From the NCBI RefSeq assembly GCF_028641065.1, contig NC_073391.1:20212001-20276000 (forward strand): a stretch of 64,000 nucleotides of DNA. The letters are read 5' to 3'. This document shows, piece after piece, positions 50,723-64,000 of this stretch. Position 1 is the first letter of the stretch. Every line of letters starts with the position of its first letter. Under the pieces are notes generated by a model, which did no database searches, was not told the DNA's origin, and worked only from the letters and a program-made list of their open reading frames with translations. Origin of the DNA: Leucoraja erinacea (Eukaryota). Made by a program: the position numbers and the translations under genes.

Positions 50723-51624
50723 CCACTGCGCTACTCTGCCGTAATTAAGGGATTTTAAGGACTGGATTCATAAATGGATTGTACTAGATAAGAGAAGCAA
50801 GTTTTTTTTCCAAACGTACATGATTTGAATCAGTTGGAATTTTATGGTGATTTGGCAGCTAATTGACATTAGCGGTCTCCATTGGATTACATTTTGTATG
50901 ACTGCAGTATGATTGATGTGTATATTCTAGTGGATTATTAGTTCAGGTATCGGTACAAATTGTTGGAGTAACTCAGCGGGTCTGACAACATTTCTGGAGG
51001 ACAGATAGACGATATTTCAGGTCACGTCCCTTCATAATTTTGTACTATGCAAGATTCCAGAATCTGCAGTTACCTGTGTCTATATTAGTTCAGGCATCTA
51101 GTTTATTAATCTTAAAGGATTATTACAGTTCAGGACCATTGATATCATTGAGGAGTTGTGTTCAGGAAGTGTCATCTAGAAGGATGATGAAGAATTTGAA
51201 ATTTGAGATTTTTCATAGAAATAAGCAGGTGGTGTGATGGACAAGTTGCATGAGTGAGCTAAACTCTAGCTCTGAATGTTATATCTCATTTAATGCCATT
51301 TTCAACTCTGGGTTGGAAGATTATTGTACAATTGTGATGACTTGAGCACAGAAAGTACTGATATCTTAATGAAGTGTGACACTGGTGTTCACTGGCACTT
51401 TTGATTAGACTTTAAGTTGATGTCCTCTCTGCTCTCTCAGGAAGACCATAGGTATGGCATTTAAGAGCTGTTTGCAAAGGCACTGTATGTCATGTTGTCA
51501 CTTGCGAGTGGAGCACCAAGGCAAATTCCTTGTATGTGAACATACTTGGCCAATAAACTTATTCATTCATTCACATGGATAATCAGGAATGGAGGGATAT
51601 GGATCATGTGCAGACAAATAAGAG

Positions 51625-52235
51625 TTCAAGAGTCAAGAGTGTTTTATTGTCATATGTCCCAGATAGAACAATGAAATTCTTACTTGCTGCAGCACAACAC
51701 AATATGTAAACATAGTACACTGTGAACAATATGATAAACGAGAGAGAGGAAAAAAAAGTGAATTGTGTGTATATACACATATTCACAATATATATTTATA
51801 TTTATATATATATATATATACACACACACACATACTCAAAAAACAAACAATAACAGTGCAATAATAATAATAGTCTATTATAGTTCAGAGCTTATATGAG
51901 GTTGTGTTTAATAGCCTGATGGCTGGAGGGAAGAAGCTGTTCCTGAACCCGGACATTACAGTTTTCAGGCTCCTGTACCTTTTTCCCGATGGCAGTGGTG
52001 AAATGAGTGTGTGGCAGGATGGTGTGGGTATTGTTGATGCTGGCTGCCTTTTTGAGGCAGCGACTCCGATAAATCCCTTCGATGGTGGGGAGGTCAAAGC
52101 CGGTGATGGACTGGGCAGTGGTCACAACATTTTGCAGTCTTTTCCGCTCCTGGACATTCAAGTTGTCGAACCATGCCATGATGCAACAAGTCAGTATGCT
52201 GTCCACTGTGCACCTGTAGACGTTCAAGAGAATCC
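51625..52235 (-). mobile_element. Rex/Babar-type LINE 3' fragment containing (TA)n(CA)n
   Basis: Minus ORF YRCTVDSILTCCIMAWFDN...SRCLKKAASI; PSGKRYRSL...RNSFFP. Confidence 0.88.
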
Positions 52236-53291
52236 GAGCATCATGTTCGGCACAGACATTGTGGGCCGTGGGGCCAGTTCCTGTGCTGCACTATTCTATC
52301 TTCTACTTCCCCACACATTTTCAAAGAAGCAAGTAGGAATTCAGAGTTCTACTGCACATTTGTCCTTCATTTAACATCATAAGCAAGCAGAGTAATTGAT
52401 CATTATCACATTGTTATTCACAAGAGTTTGCTGGGCTGGTGCAGTGGCTGCTGCATTTTCTACATAGCATTAGTGACGACATATCCAGAATACCGAATTT
52501 GGTTCAATGACCTGAGGTATCAGAGATATTATGCACATGCATGTCTTTATTTTTCAACATTATTTTTTTGCTTATTAATTGCTTGCCCACTATGTTTATA
52601 CGGGTGCATTTTTCTTTAACGTTAGGCCCAGACTTTTCCCTAGAACATGTAATTTCCTTTTATTTTTCAAGCTATGCTATAAATAGAGCCCTTATTGTGG
52701 CTGTTCTTTGGAATAGTGTGCAATTCCTGAGGGCAGTGATTTTGAAAACTGCTGGCAGAAAACACATTTTCTCAGATTCTAAAATATCTGCCTTGAAAGC
52801 GTTACGGATTAATGTTGAATAGTTAATTAGTGTCTGGCTATATATGGATAATCCTTTCAATTGTTATGGGTTGATCCGATAAGTGGGGATCTTGATTAAT
52901 GGATTTTAATTCGATAAGGAGTATTTCTTTTCACTTGGATTGAGAAGCCTCCACATTGACTATGAACTGGGCATGTTTGAAACGCCGCGGAAGCTTGTGG
53001 TGAGTGAGGTGGCATGACCAAACTTTTCTCAAGTCAACCACTCCCTACACTCACTTCTTTCTATATCCTGTTGATGAGACAGCTAGTGCACAAAAATAAA
53101 CTCTGCAAGTCATACAAAAGAAAACGACTGCTCAGCTCCAGCCAAGCAAATATAAGAACATGAACAGAATGAACTATATCCATGGGACAATGACAGTACC
53201 AAAAGCAGCTTCATCTTTTTAGTTCTTCATTGAGTCCAGCTGTAACTGCTCACTTTCTGCAGTCATTTAGAAATCAACTAGATGGTATAAA

Positions 53292-53652
53292 TTATAACCA
53301 TATAACCATATAAACCATATAACAATTACAACACGGAAACAGGCCATCTCGGCCCTACAAGTCCATGCCGAACAAATTTTTTTCCCCTTAGTCCCACCTG
53401 CCTGCACTCGTACCATAACCCTCCATTCCCTTCTCATCCATATGCCTATCCAATTTATTTTTAAATGATACCAATGAACCTGCCTCCACCACTTCCACTT
53501 CCACTGGGAGCTCATTCCACACCGCCACCACTCTCTGCGTAAAGAAGTTCCCCCTCATATTACCCCTAAACGTCTGTCCCTTAATTCTGAAGTCATGTCC
53601 TCTTGTTTGAATCTTCCCTATTCTCAAAGGGAAAAGCTTGTCCACATCAACT
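53292..53652 (-). mobile_element. CR1 LINE 3' fragment with (AACCATAT)n tail, same subfamily as 3414-3981
   Basis: Minus ORF KLFPLRIGKIQTRGH...FFTQRVVAVWNELP. Confidence 0.9.
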
Positions 53653-54787
53653 CACATCAAATTATTGTGGTATTGTTATATTTTCATGTTTATTTTTCAT
53701 TCCCAAGGTGTAAATGCACCCATTTTACTTCATCTCTTGTTTGTTCCTATGTTAGCTATAAAATGGTATATAATTCTGTGTGGGTGTGAGGAGTGGTTTT
53801 ATTCATCTGTAGTTATATTATCTGGTTTGAGAGAGTCAAGAGTGTTTTACTGTCACAAGTCCCAAAATGGAACAACGACAAATCATAAGAGGCCATTGAA
53901 AAATATGCTTTATAAACTCAAAGTGCTGGAGAACCTCAGCAGGTCAGGCAGCATCATTGGAGAACATAAATAGGTGACGTTTCGGCTTGGGACCTTTATT
54001 CAGACTGACTGTTAGGTTTAGTATGTTGAGTCTTGATTTTTACCATTTGGAGCTGGGGAGGTTTGGAGATCAAATTGCAAAGTGCATGAAGTGAGATCCT
54101 AACCTATTGTACAAGTGCTTGCTGTGGTTTTCATAGCACCCGATATCTTGGCAACATTATGTAAAACTCATGTAGGATCAGTGAGTTCACATCACAAAAG
54201 GCAAGAAACCCGACAATGAAAAGCCTGGCTGGAGCTGACAGCTCCACAAGATAATTCCTTTTTCAGCACTCTTTGTGAGTCAGGAGGGTTAAACGTTTTC
54301 ACTCAGATTTTTCACAGAAACATTTGCAGTCTCGATTCCACCCTATCAATCATGGTCAGCAGTGGCCTTATTCCACAGGCCTCTGCAACCTGGATGGGAA
54401 ATTAATCAAAAAATGTTCTGGAGACTGCAAGTTCATTCAACCATTTTATCCTTGTGTATTAGAGCTAAACTTCCCTCATTCTCTCTGGTTTATCTGATTG
54501 CTAGATTGCTGAAGCTCTCCATACAGAGTCCCAGGGAAATTAGACTTCATTAGAAATTAGAAATTTAAATACTTTAAATCATTCATCTTTTTCAATATGG
54601 ATTAAGTACAACTGATGAAAACAATTGCTCCAATCATAGGTTAACTTTTATCTGTGAAGGTGAAATGAAAGAAGAGGTCAAAATGAGACTTGATTTTGTA
54701 AGGAACTTTTCAAAACAAAATTACAACCAGATTAGATTATTATTGAAGTAAGGCACATTTGAAAATTGTTTCTTTTAGCACTTTTTA

Positions 54788-55205
54788 GCACTGGGCTTGT
54801 ATTCGCTGGAGTTTAGAAGAATGAGGGGGGACCTCATTGAAATGTACAGAATAGTGAATTGCTTGGATAGCGTGGATGTGGAGAGGATGTTTCCACTAGT
54901 TGGAGATACTAGGACCAGTGGTCATAGCCTCAGAATTAAAGGTTGTTTTTTTAGGAAGGAGGTGAGGAGGAATTTCTTTAGTCAGAGGGTGGTGAATCAA
55001 TGGAATTCTTTGCCACAAAGGGCTGTGGAGGCCAAGTCAGTGGATATTTTTAAGGCAGAGATAGATAGATTCTTGATTAGTATGGGTGTCAGAAGGCAGG
55101 AGAGTGGGGTTAGGAGGGAGGGAGAGATAGATCAGCCATGATTGAATGGCGGAGTAGACTTGATGGGCCTAATTCTGCTCCTATCACATGATCTTATGAT
55201 CTTAA
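54788..55205 (+). mobile_element. CR1 LINE 3' fragment
   Basis: ORF YSLEFRRMRGDLIE...RNFFSQRVVNQWNSLP. Confidence 0.9.
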
Positions 55206-58094
55206 AGCAATCGAACAAACGTTACAATTATACTGCAGATGAATGGGATTTTGCATAGGTGAATAAGGAGGTTGCCAGGATACTGAATGAGATTTCAAAA
55301 GTAAAGTACTAGAAAGGCTGGTGGTAGTTAAAGTGAATAATTTTCCTGGCACAGATGCAATGTGACCTCATTTGCTGAGGCTTATAAAACAGGAGATTGT
55401 GGAAATTCTGGCCATAATCTTTCAATTACCCATCTTGGTAGAAGTGGTGCCAAAGGATCGGAGGGCTATCAATATTGTATGCTTGTACAAATAAGATAAA
55501 CCTGCTCATTCCAGACGACTCAGTTTAATGTCAGTTCATGGATATTCAGTGTCTCTATGTTACAGTATTGCATTATTACCATGTCAGCAAAATTGGAGTC
55601 TGTGGAATAAAAAGGGAAGCGGGAACATAGATATAAAAGATGCTGAGTAATAGAAAACATCATTGTACAAGTTCTGTTTTTTAGGGAGTGTTCAGTCAAG
55701 CTCCTGAGATTTGGTTTACATTTGATCAAGTACTTAGATTTGAGGGCTAAAGGGCATGTTTTTAAACTTACAGGCTACACATAACTTGAAACAAACCCAC
55801 AAAGTACTGGAGGAACTCAGTGGGTTAAGCAGCATCAGTGCAATGAATGGACAGTCAATATTTTGGATCTGCACCCTATCGTCAGACATCACTTGAAAAT
55901 GTAGTCGTCTTACAATAAAACCCCTTTAGGATTGCTTCCACTCTGTCCTACGGGCTCTGAGGTGACTGATGAAAGAAGTGTGGGGATTGCAGACTGTTCC
56001 ACAGATGGAACAGGAAGTGCGCAATTGGACAGGCTGATGGGTATTGTGAGGCGGTACACTCCTTGCATCATTTATGTTCATGGAGCCAACTGAGTGTAAT
56101 TAGCTGTTTGATGCGAGAGGTTTTGGTGTGAGAGAGGACCCTAAGGGTTTCGGGTGTTATGGGGAGAAGGCAGGAGTACGGGGTTAAGAAGGAAAGATAG
56201 ATCAGCCATGATTGAATGGTGGAGTAGACTTGATGGGCTGAATGGCCTATTTCTGCTATTATAAGTTATGAACTAACATTAGTTCGTATATTCTTCCAGT
56301 TGATTGCGAGGATTTTGCAAAAGCAGCATTGGAAGTATCTTTCCAGTGCCCTGAGGTGCTTGCAATAGACAATCCACGTGTTAGAAGCCAAGAGACACAG
56401 ATCACTGTTGCCCGGTAGTCCATGATTTTGTGCCAGGTGTGAGGTTTGACTTTGAAACATTTTTTTATCAAGTAGCCAATGCCAGCATTGTGATGATTAT
56501 GGTAAATCCACCAACAATGTCTGCCTTTGCTGAGAGGTGGATCCAGAGATAGTCCTATTGCAATACAGCACAGAAACAGGCCAATTGACTGTTTAGAAAT
56601 GGGACTAGTATGGTTAAGTACCTGATGACTGGCATGGATATGATGGGCTGAATGGCTGTTTCTGTGGTGGGTGGCTTTATGACCAAAAATAAAAATGACG
56701 TTTTACCATTTTAAAGCAATTCACAAAGAAAGAGTTCAGGAGACACAAGAGACTACAGATGCTAGAACCTGGAACATAACACAAAGTGAGAGATTAACTC
56801 AGCAGGCCAGGCAGTATCTGTGGAGGGAATGGACAGCCAACCTTTTGGGTTGACACCCTTCTTCAGACTGAATGATGGGTCCCCTGCTATATGGAAAGAC
56901 CAGGGATGCTTGTGCACATAATTTTGGAGATAGTAGGGCAGGCTGATTAAGTAAGACAGATGCTGGGTTTTATAATTAGAGGCGTAAGTCAAATGCCAGG
57001 AAGTTGTATTAAACCAGTGTAAAGCTCTGATCCTACCCTAGCTTGAACATTGGACCAATGCAAGATCTACAGGGAACCCGTTGCCTATCTGCCTCCAATG
57101 TTCAACACATTTTCAACCTCCACGCATGCATGCTGCTGCTCTGAAACCAAATATGTGCTGGAAGTTAGATTCTGACACAGTCCCAGTGTGGTTCCAAGTA
57201 TACTGGGTTGAGGGGATGAATTCATTAATTCATACATTTATTCATTGAATGCATCAGGCCCTTCAAAAAGCAGTGAACAGGTTGCTGACCTTAAAGCCTG
57301 TAAATATCAGAGAAACATTTAAGAAGTATGTGGCAAACTATCAAAGGGTTTCAGGACAGTGCTGGAGGCAAACTGGAGTCCTGGGTTCCAGCCCCAGAGG
57401 ACTGGCTCCCATTCACAGCCCTCTCCAAGTCATGGACAGGCTGTGGCCTCCTGTATAATATTTCCCGTAGGGCGGTGGAAAAATAATGACACTCAACAGA
57501 TCACCCAGGGGCGAGCATGAAACTGGGGACAAGCCAAGGAAATCTGACCCATTCTGCCCAATTGTAGGCACTTAAGAAAGGACACAGAGGCTTTGGAATA
57601 GATACAGAATGTTCGAGGAATAAAAGATTACAGATTCTTGGAGAAAATGCTGTTTTGTCCTTTTAGCAGAGAAGGCTGAGGAGAGGTTTGACCTCGTCAA
57701 AGGGCCTCAAAAGTTAGGGGGAGAAGGCAGGAGATTGGGCCGGAGAGGGAAAAATAGATCAGCCATGATCAATAGTGGAGTAGACTCGATGGGCCAAATG
57801 GCCTAATTCTGCTCCTTTATATCACAATCTTATAATCTTATTCATGGCAATGTTTAGAAACATTAACGCTTTAGATATAGTTTGTAAAACATGTTTCTGA
57901 TGGCATTGTCAGAGGGCACAACTTAAAAACAAACAGAGACGACACGAGGAACTACCTTTTCTTAATGCAATTTGTGGTTGGAATGATGGGAGTTGGAAAC
58001 AGATTCAACAATAGCCTAAGTGAGCAGGCTCTTAATCTTAACCCTGATGTATCTGTGAACAACGTGACAGTTATTTTTCTTCTTCTTTCCATAG

Positions 58095-58181
58095 AATTTT
58101 CTAAAACGTGAATTTAGTGAAGAAAATGTTTTGTTCTGGTTAGAATGTGAAGAATTCAAGAAAATTCAAGATGAAAACCTG
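58095..58181 (+). CDS. RGS10: RGS10 exon 3: [29 protein letters not shown]
   Basis: tttccatag / CTG|gtaggt, 87 nt; RGS signature [10 protein letters not shown] with the conserved Cys. Confidence 0.96.
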
Positions 58182-59989
58182 GTAGGTGTTTTGTCCTTGG
58201 TTGTAGTATTGAATTGAATTGAATTGAATACTTTATTGTCACATGTGACAAGTCACAGTGACGTTCTTTGCTTGCACACCCAAGGTTTGTAAATGTTTAA
58301 GAAAGAACTGCAGCTGCCGGAAAAATCAAAGGTAGACAAAAATGCTGGAGAAACCCAGCGGGTGAGGCAGCATCTATGGAGCGAAGTGACATTTCGGGCT
58401 GAGACCCTTTTTCAGATGCAAATAGTCACCAAATTAGTAGATTATCTTTTTGATGTTTTATTGATCTGCAATTGCACAATTTCTGAAGTACAGTTCTGTT
58501 ATAGCAAAGATTACCTTTGGCTGAAGGAAAGTATGAAATTGAAAATGGAACCAGTGTTGGCAAATATATGGACATGGCCTGTAATTTGTATTTCCAGAAT
58601 AAAATTGATCATTAACAAAATCTGTTAAATTACATGGCTACAGGAATTGTAATGCAATAAATTTCATTTCCATCAAAAATCGCTCTTGAATATGATTTGC
58701 AAGGCAATGCATATTCATTTAATCCCAGGAACCTTTCCTATGATCAAGCAAAATCTGTATGAGATGTGACATGCCTTGATTAAAGATAGGAGGCTGCTGA
58801 TTTTTAAATTTCAGTGGATGTAACTTAAAGCTGCTTGACAACACTGGTAATATAACGCTGCTGGGAATCCAACACTTGTAATATAATATAATATTTATTG
58901 ATTCAATCACTGACTCCACAGATATGCTTGGATGAGAGCTAGTAAAATTTACACTCCCCTTCTTGCCCATATTGTGCTTAGGGTAGGATTGGGAACCATT
59001 ATAGAAGGAGAACAACAATGGCCCTTAGTGTGTGAATGGCTACACATTGCCAAATTTGAGAATATTTAATGATGATGCTGACAAAAGTTGAAGCAAGCCA
59101 CTTCTTCACACTGACAGCTCACACTTTATATGTACAAAAATGAACATGTAGTTACAAAATCAAACTGTTTTATAAGGCCAGACAGATGGTTCTAATGTTC
59201 TATTGTTTCAAATAATACGTTGAGATTGGGAATGGAAGGTGATCTGTTTTATTATATCATTTATCTCTGGATTTAGTCATCAGGATTTGAAATTATCTCT
59301 GAAACAATTCCAATACGTACTTTTACTCTCCCTCCCAGCAGCCCAGGTTATGAGATAATACTAACAAACTTTATGACATTAATTTGCATTTTACTAGTCC
59401 TATCCGCATCCTTGTGTGCTATTCCTGAATCAACCTGCAATTCTGCAACTTAAAGACAGATACAAAATGCTGGAGTAACTCAACAGGACAAGAAGGATCT
59501 CAACCCAAAACATCACCCATTCCTTCTCTCTAGAGATGATGCCTGTCTCTGAGTTACTCCAGCATTTTGTGTCTATCTTCAGCATCAAGTTAAGTTGCTT
59601 ATAGGCATTCTCTGGCCATTACCTTGATACATGTCACAAATTTCCATCTCTGAGTTATTTGAATTGCACTGGCTCAAAAATGCATTGTCCCTTTTTATTT
59701 TACTAATATTAAAGCTCATTAAACACCAGTTATTATGTTATGTTAAAATTCCAAATGTTTATTTGGCTATTCCAACTTTGCATTTGGATGCTTGTAGATG
59801 TCTTTAAAATAATCGATATTGGGGGTTTGCACTCAGTTGATGTGCTAAATGTGTGTATGCGGAGGAAGTGACTGGATCAATGTATTATATTACCAGTGTT
59901 GTATTCACATTGGGATTTGATACTCCAGCTGTGAATGACGGGTCCGATGACATGCCCTTCTTATCGCCAGCCAAACCTAGCCTGGTGCT

Positions 59990-61350
59990 TATGAGGTCTG
60001 TTTTCTCTGGAACATCGGAGGTTGAGGGGAGACCTGAGGGAAGTACATAAAATTATGATATGTATAGTTAGGGTGGATGGTCAGAACCTTTTCCAAGGGT
60101 GGAAATATCAAAGAACAGAGAGCAGAGCTTTAAGGGGAGAGGGGCAGCATTTAAAGGAGACGTGTGGGGAAAGCTTTTTACACTAAGAGTGGGGAGTGCC
60201 TGGAAAGTGCTGCCAGGCAGATACAATAGTGGCATTTAAGAGGCGTTTAAATAGGCACAAAAACAGGCAGTGAATGGAGGGATATGGATCACGTGCGGGC
60301 AGAGGAGATCAATTTAATAGTCATAGAGTGATACAGTGTGGAAACAGGCCCTTTGGCACAACTTGCCCACACCAGCCAACAATGTCCCAGCTACACTAGT
60401 CCCACTTGCCTATGCTTGGTTTGTATCTCTCCAAACCTGTCCTATCCATGTACCTGTCTTACTGTTTCTTAAATGATGAGATAGCCCCAGCCTCAACTAC
60501 CTATTCGGGCAGCTTGTTCCATACACCCACCATCCTTTATGTGAAAAAGTTACCCCGAATGTGGCATCATGTTCAACATGGACATTGTGAGACATGGGCA
60601 TATTTGACAGTCTGCTCGGGTACACAGCATGCACTAAAATGGGATGTCAGCAAATCCAGTTCAGATTTCTATTCATAGATTTGTAGCTACCAAGTTGCTG
60701 TTATGCTGAATACTGGGAAGTGCTTAACAAATTCACTTCTGGTAAGACATTGAACAGTCACAGAGAGCATAGTGATAATGGTGAACGGACACATGTTCTT
60801 CAATGTGTCAGGCCTTTGCATCCCGTTGTGTGTGATGTGAATGGTCACAACACAGAAACAGGCCCTTCGGCCCACCACACCCATGCAGACCTTTTTGCTC
60901 ATCTATATTAATCCTATTTGTCTGCATTAGGTGTATGTCCTTCTATCATGTGTCTATTTGTGCCTGTCGCAATGCCTCTTGCACATAGTGATTGTATTTT
61001 ATTCCATCTAACAGCAGTAGACCCAGTAGAGAGTAGTTGACAACCCAGTTGTCAACTACTCTCTGTGTCCCCCCCAGATCCCCTTTCCAATTATTTCCTC
61101 AAACCTCAAACCAATGTTTTTGACTATCTGTACTGTTCACGCCTTTCATAATTTTATAACACTGCTCAGCCTCCTTCACGCCAGAGAAAACAAGCCCAGT
61201 TTATCCAGTCTCTCACCACAACTGAAATCCTATTGTCCAAGTAGCATCTGGGTGAATTTCCTCTGCACTCTCTCCAGAACAATCACAACCTTCCTGCAGT
61301 GTGGTGACCACAATTACACACAGGTGTGGCCCAACCAAGTTGCAATGTAA
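59990..61350. mobile_element. Cluster of nested CR1 3' fragments (+ 59990-60318; - 60319-60557; - 60850-61350)
   Basis: CR1 tail sequences on both strands; the younger copy sits inside the tail of the older. Confidence 0.8.
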
Positions 61351-61375
61351 CTTCTCAACCTTTACATTTCTTTGC

Positions 61376-61470
61376 ATGTCTGAAGAAGGGTCTCAACCCG
61401 AAACGTCGCCCATTCCTTCTCTCCAGAGATGCTGCCTCACCCTCTGAGTTACTTCAGCATTTTGTGCCCA
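61376..61470 (+). mobile_element. Penelope terminal repeat fragment with hammerhead-like core
   Basis: CTGAAGA-AGGGTCTCAACCC-GAAA-CGTC at 61380-61407. Confidence 0.7.
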
Positions 61471-62198
61471 CTTTCCCAATGGTTACTCATCAACTAAGGA
61501 GCAAGCATTAGCATTGGCCAATGTAAGAAAAAGTATTTCAAGTACATTCAGCAGATAAAAACTCATATTTCTAGATATTCATACTTCACACAATTTTTTT
61601 CTCAGGGAGTCTTCTTACACAAAATTCACCTAGCAATTCTAAAATAATTGTGGGGTACCATTGGTTCAAGAACTAGTGAATCTTATAAGGACGCAAAGTG
61701 CTAGAGTAAATCAACAGGTCAGGCAGCATCACTGGAGAACGTGGATAAGTGCCTTTCAGGTAGGGATCCTTCGTCAGACTGATCATAAAGCACATGGCAG
61801 ACTTGCTTTCATAAGTCAGTCTGAAGAAGGGTCCCACCCCCAAAATGTCACCTATTCATGTTCTCCAGAGATGCTGCCTAACCTGCTGAGTTATCCTGAG
61901 ACTAGGAAAACTCATGAAGCTTATATATTTCAGTGGTTTCAAATTGGGTTATTGCATTTGATGTACTGACATATATTTGATAAGCTTATACACAACTAAA
62001 ACAAAAGGATGCGTGCTGTTTCAGTTGTCATAAAAATCTTATCAAGCGCTGACACAGCTAATATTTATAATGATTAGAATTCAATATAATTTAAATTTAA
62101 AACAATCAATTTAGTTCCAACCTGATATAAGATTTATAATTTAGTTCATGTGTAATATTTATTAATGATTTGTTCAAATTCTCTTCTTTTGAATGAAG

Positions 62199-62342
62199 CT
62201 TCATGGCAAGGCACAGCAGATATACAAGACCTACCTGTGCAGTAAGGCAGCAACGCAGGTGAATGTGGAGGGACAGTCTCGTCTCACTGAGAACATGCTT
62301 GCCCATCCACACCCCTTCATGTTTCAGAAACTGCAAGAGCAG
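62199..62342 (+). CDS. RGS10: RGS10 exon 4: [48 protein letters not shown]
   Basis: 144 nt, CAG|gtaacc donor, AAG acceptor. [10 protein letters not shown] and HPxMFQKLQ are RGS10-diagnostic. The final exon is not found in the window. Confidence 0.95.
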
Positions 62343-63209
62343 GTAACCCTCTATGTTGATATTTCTGCATGGCTGATTGCATAAAAGATATATTTTGGAG
62401 AGCAATGTACTCAAACATTTTGTTTCCGAGATGCGTTAGAAATAAAGATTTGATTGTTTGCTACCTTGGATATTTCCTGTTGCAGAGAATTTGCAAATCA
62501 GAATTGAGCCATTCAGGTCAATCTGTCACTTGAAGTGGATCACTCAAGCAGCAAAGTAAACACTTCTAAATTTGATAAATGACAATAATTAGTGGTTAGA
62601 ATTACTGCAAAAAAGGTAATTTGTCAGTTCCATGTCTCACTGAATGTCAGTTGTAACTCATGCCCTTTCCATCACACAAGTAAGTCTTATTCTCAAACCT
62701 CGTATTATCACATTTTTTTTGTGGAAATATATATTTTTAATTGCCCCATGTTCAGCATTCTGAATAAATCTTATTTCCTCTTGTGTGTGGGCTCTGCCGA
62801 ATGATACTTTCAAAGAGTAGACATCTTGTTTAGTTACAAGGACAGCACAGCAATCATTATTGGCATCAAACTGTTTCATCCAAATGTTCCATTTTAATCA
62901 GTTGCTCCTATTTAGCAAATGTTAGGGATTGCATTAGTTCCTGCCAGTAACCCTTTATTCTGTGTATATTGGTGCATCTTTTTGAATGTGCTGGATGCTC
63001 AGCAAATTGTTTGCTAGCCCCATTTTAAAGTTTATCTTTGGGATTTGGGATAGTTTGTTGGAAACTAATCTAGACACGGTTCTGTTATTTCAAATAGACT
63101 GTCTGAGCTTTTGCCAAAATAACTTTGGAAGAATTGTGGGAATGAAAAAAATACCAATAGATCCTGCAAGCCAATTACTTATCTAAATGTTCAAATTTAC
63201 ATAACACCA

Positions 63210-63610
63210 GTCAGTCTGAAAAAGGGTCTCGACCCAAAAAGTCACCTGAGTTTAGTTTATTGTCACGTGTACCGAGGTACAGTGAAAAGCTTTTGTCACG
63301 TGCTAACCAGTCAGCGGAAAGACAACACATGATTACAACGAGCCATCCACAGTTTACAGATACACGATAAAGTGAATAAAGTGAATAAAGTCTAGTGCAA
63401 GATAACACCAGTAAGGTCCGATCAAAGATAGTCCAAGGATCCCCAATGAGGTAGATAGTAGTTCAGGACTGCTCTCTAGTTGTTGGTAGGATGGTTCAGT
63501 TGCCTGATAATTGCTGGGAAGAAACTGTCCCCGAAAATTACCTATCCGTGTTTTCAGGTTTGTTGTTTGACTCACTGAGTTACTCCAGCACTTTTATCTG
63601 TTTTTTTACA
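63210..63610. mobile_element. Penelope terminus split by a LINE 3' end on the - strand (~63248-63530)
   Basis: gtctgaaaaagggtctcgacccaaaaagtcacc ... resumes at cctatccgtg...gagttactccagcact; the insert begins tttattgtcacgtgtaccgaggtacagtg. Confidence 0.65.
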
Positions 63611-64000
63611 GTACATCATATGACTGATTGACATCCATATAGAGTCATAGAGTTCATAGTACATGGATATGGGCTTTCAGCCCAACTCATTCATACTGAC
63701 CAAGTTGCTTTTCAGAGATAGTCACAACTTGCCTGTGCCTGGCCCATACTCCACCAAACTTGTCCTATACATGCAACTGTCTGGATGGTCTTTGAAATGT
63801 CATAATTGTACCTGCCTCTATCACTTCCTCTGGCAGCTCATTCCATATATGCACCATTCTCTGTGTGAATTTAAATTTAAAGATTCAAATTTGTTCTTCT
63901 GAAATCTAATTTATTTTCCTTGCCATCTGGTAGTTCTGTCTGTATTGGTTTTGATCATTTTTGTTTCAGTTAGCTTTTTAAACATAAAATGGATTTCAAT

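Noticed and set aside
62343-64000. RGS10 terminal exon (IFNLMKYDSY...)
   Set aside because: No matching sequence seen; presumably beyond the window end.

Overview
Vertebrate genomic DNA, most likely a cartilaginous fish (skate/ray, inferred from HE1-type V-SINEs and the repeat landscape). It carries two spliced + strand genes. The first is the 3' part of TIAL1/TIAR (8 coding exons, 941-17021: RRM2, RRM3, Q/G/Y-rich tail, then a 3' UTR). The second is RGS10 (exons 1-4, 30573-62342, with a CpG island; the last exon lies beyond the window). This matches the TIAL1-RGS10 neighbourhood known from mammals. The rest is intronic/intergenic and dense in decayed transposons: Tc1, CR1, Rex/Babar, L2, Penelope, SINEs and one MITE. 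Most ORF-track entries are transposon debris or noise. The most interesting signals are (i) a cluster of candidate poison exons in TIAL1 intron 5, one with a weak donor followed by a U tract (the TIA autoregulation signature), (ii) Penelope-derived foldback units carrying minimal hammerhead-ribozyme-like cores, some with clear target-site duplications, and (iii) inverted Tc1 copies bracketing TIAL1 exons. I see no convincing wholly new gene system. Exon numbers follow human gene structure as I recall it; repeat boundaries are approximate.
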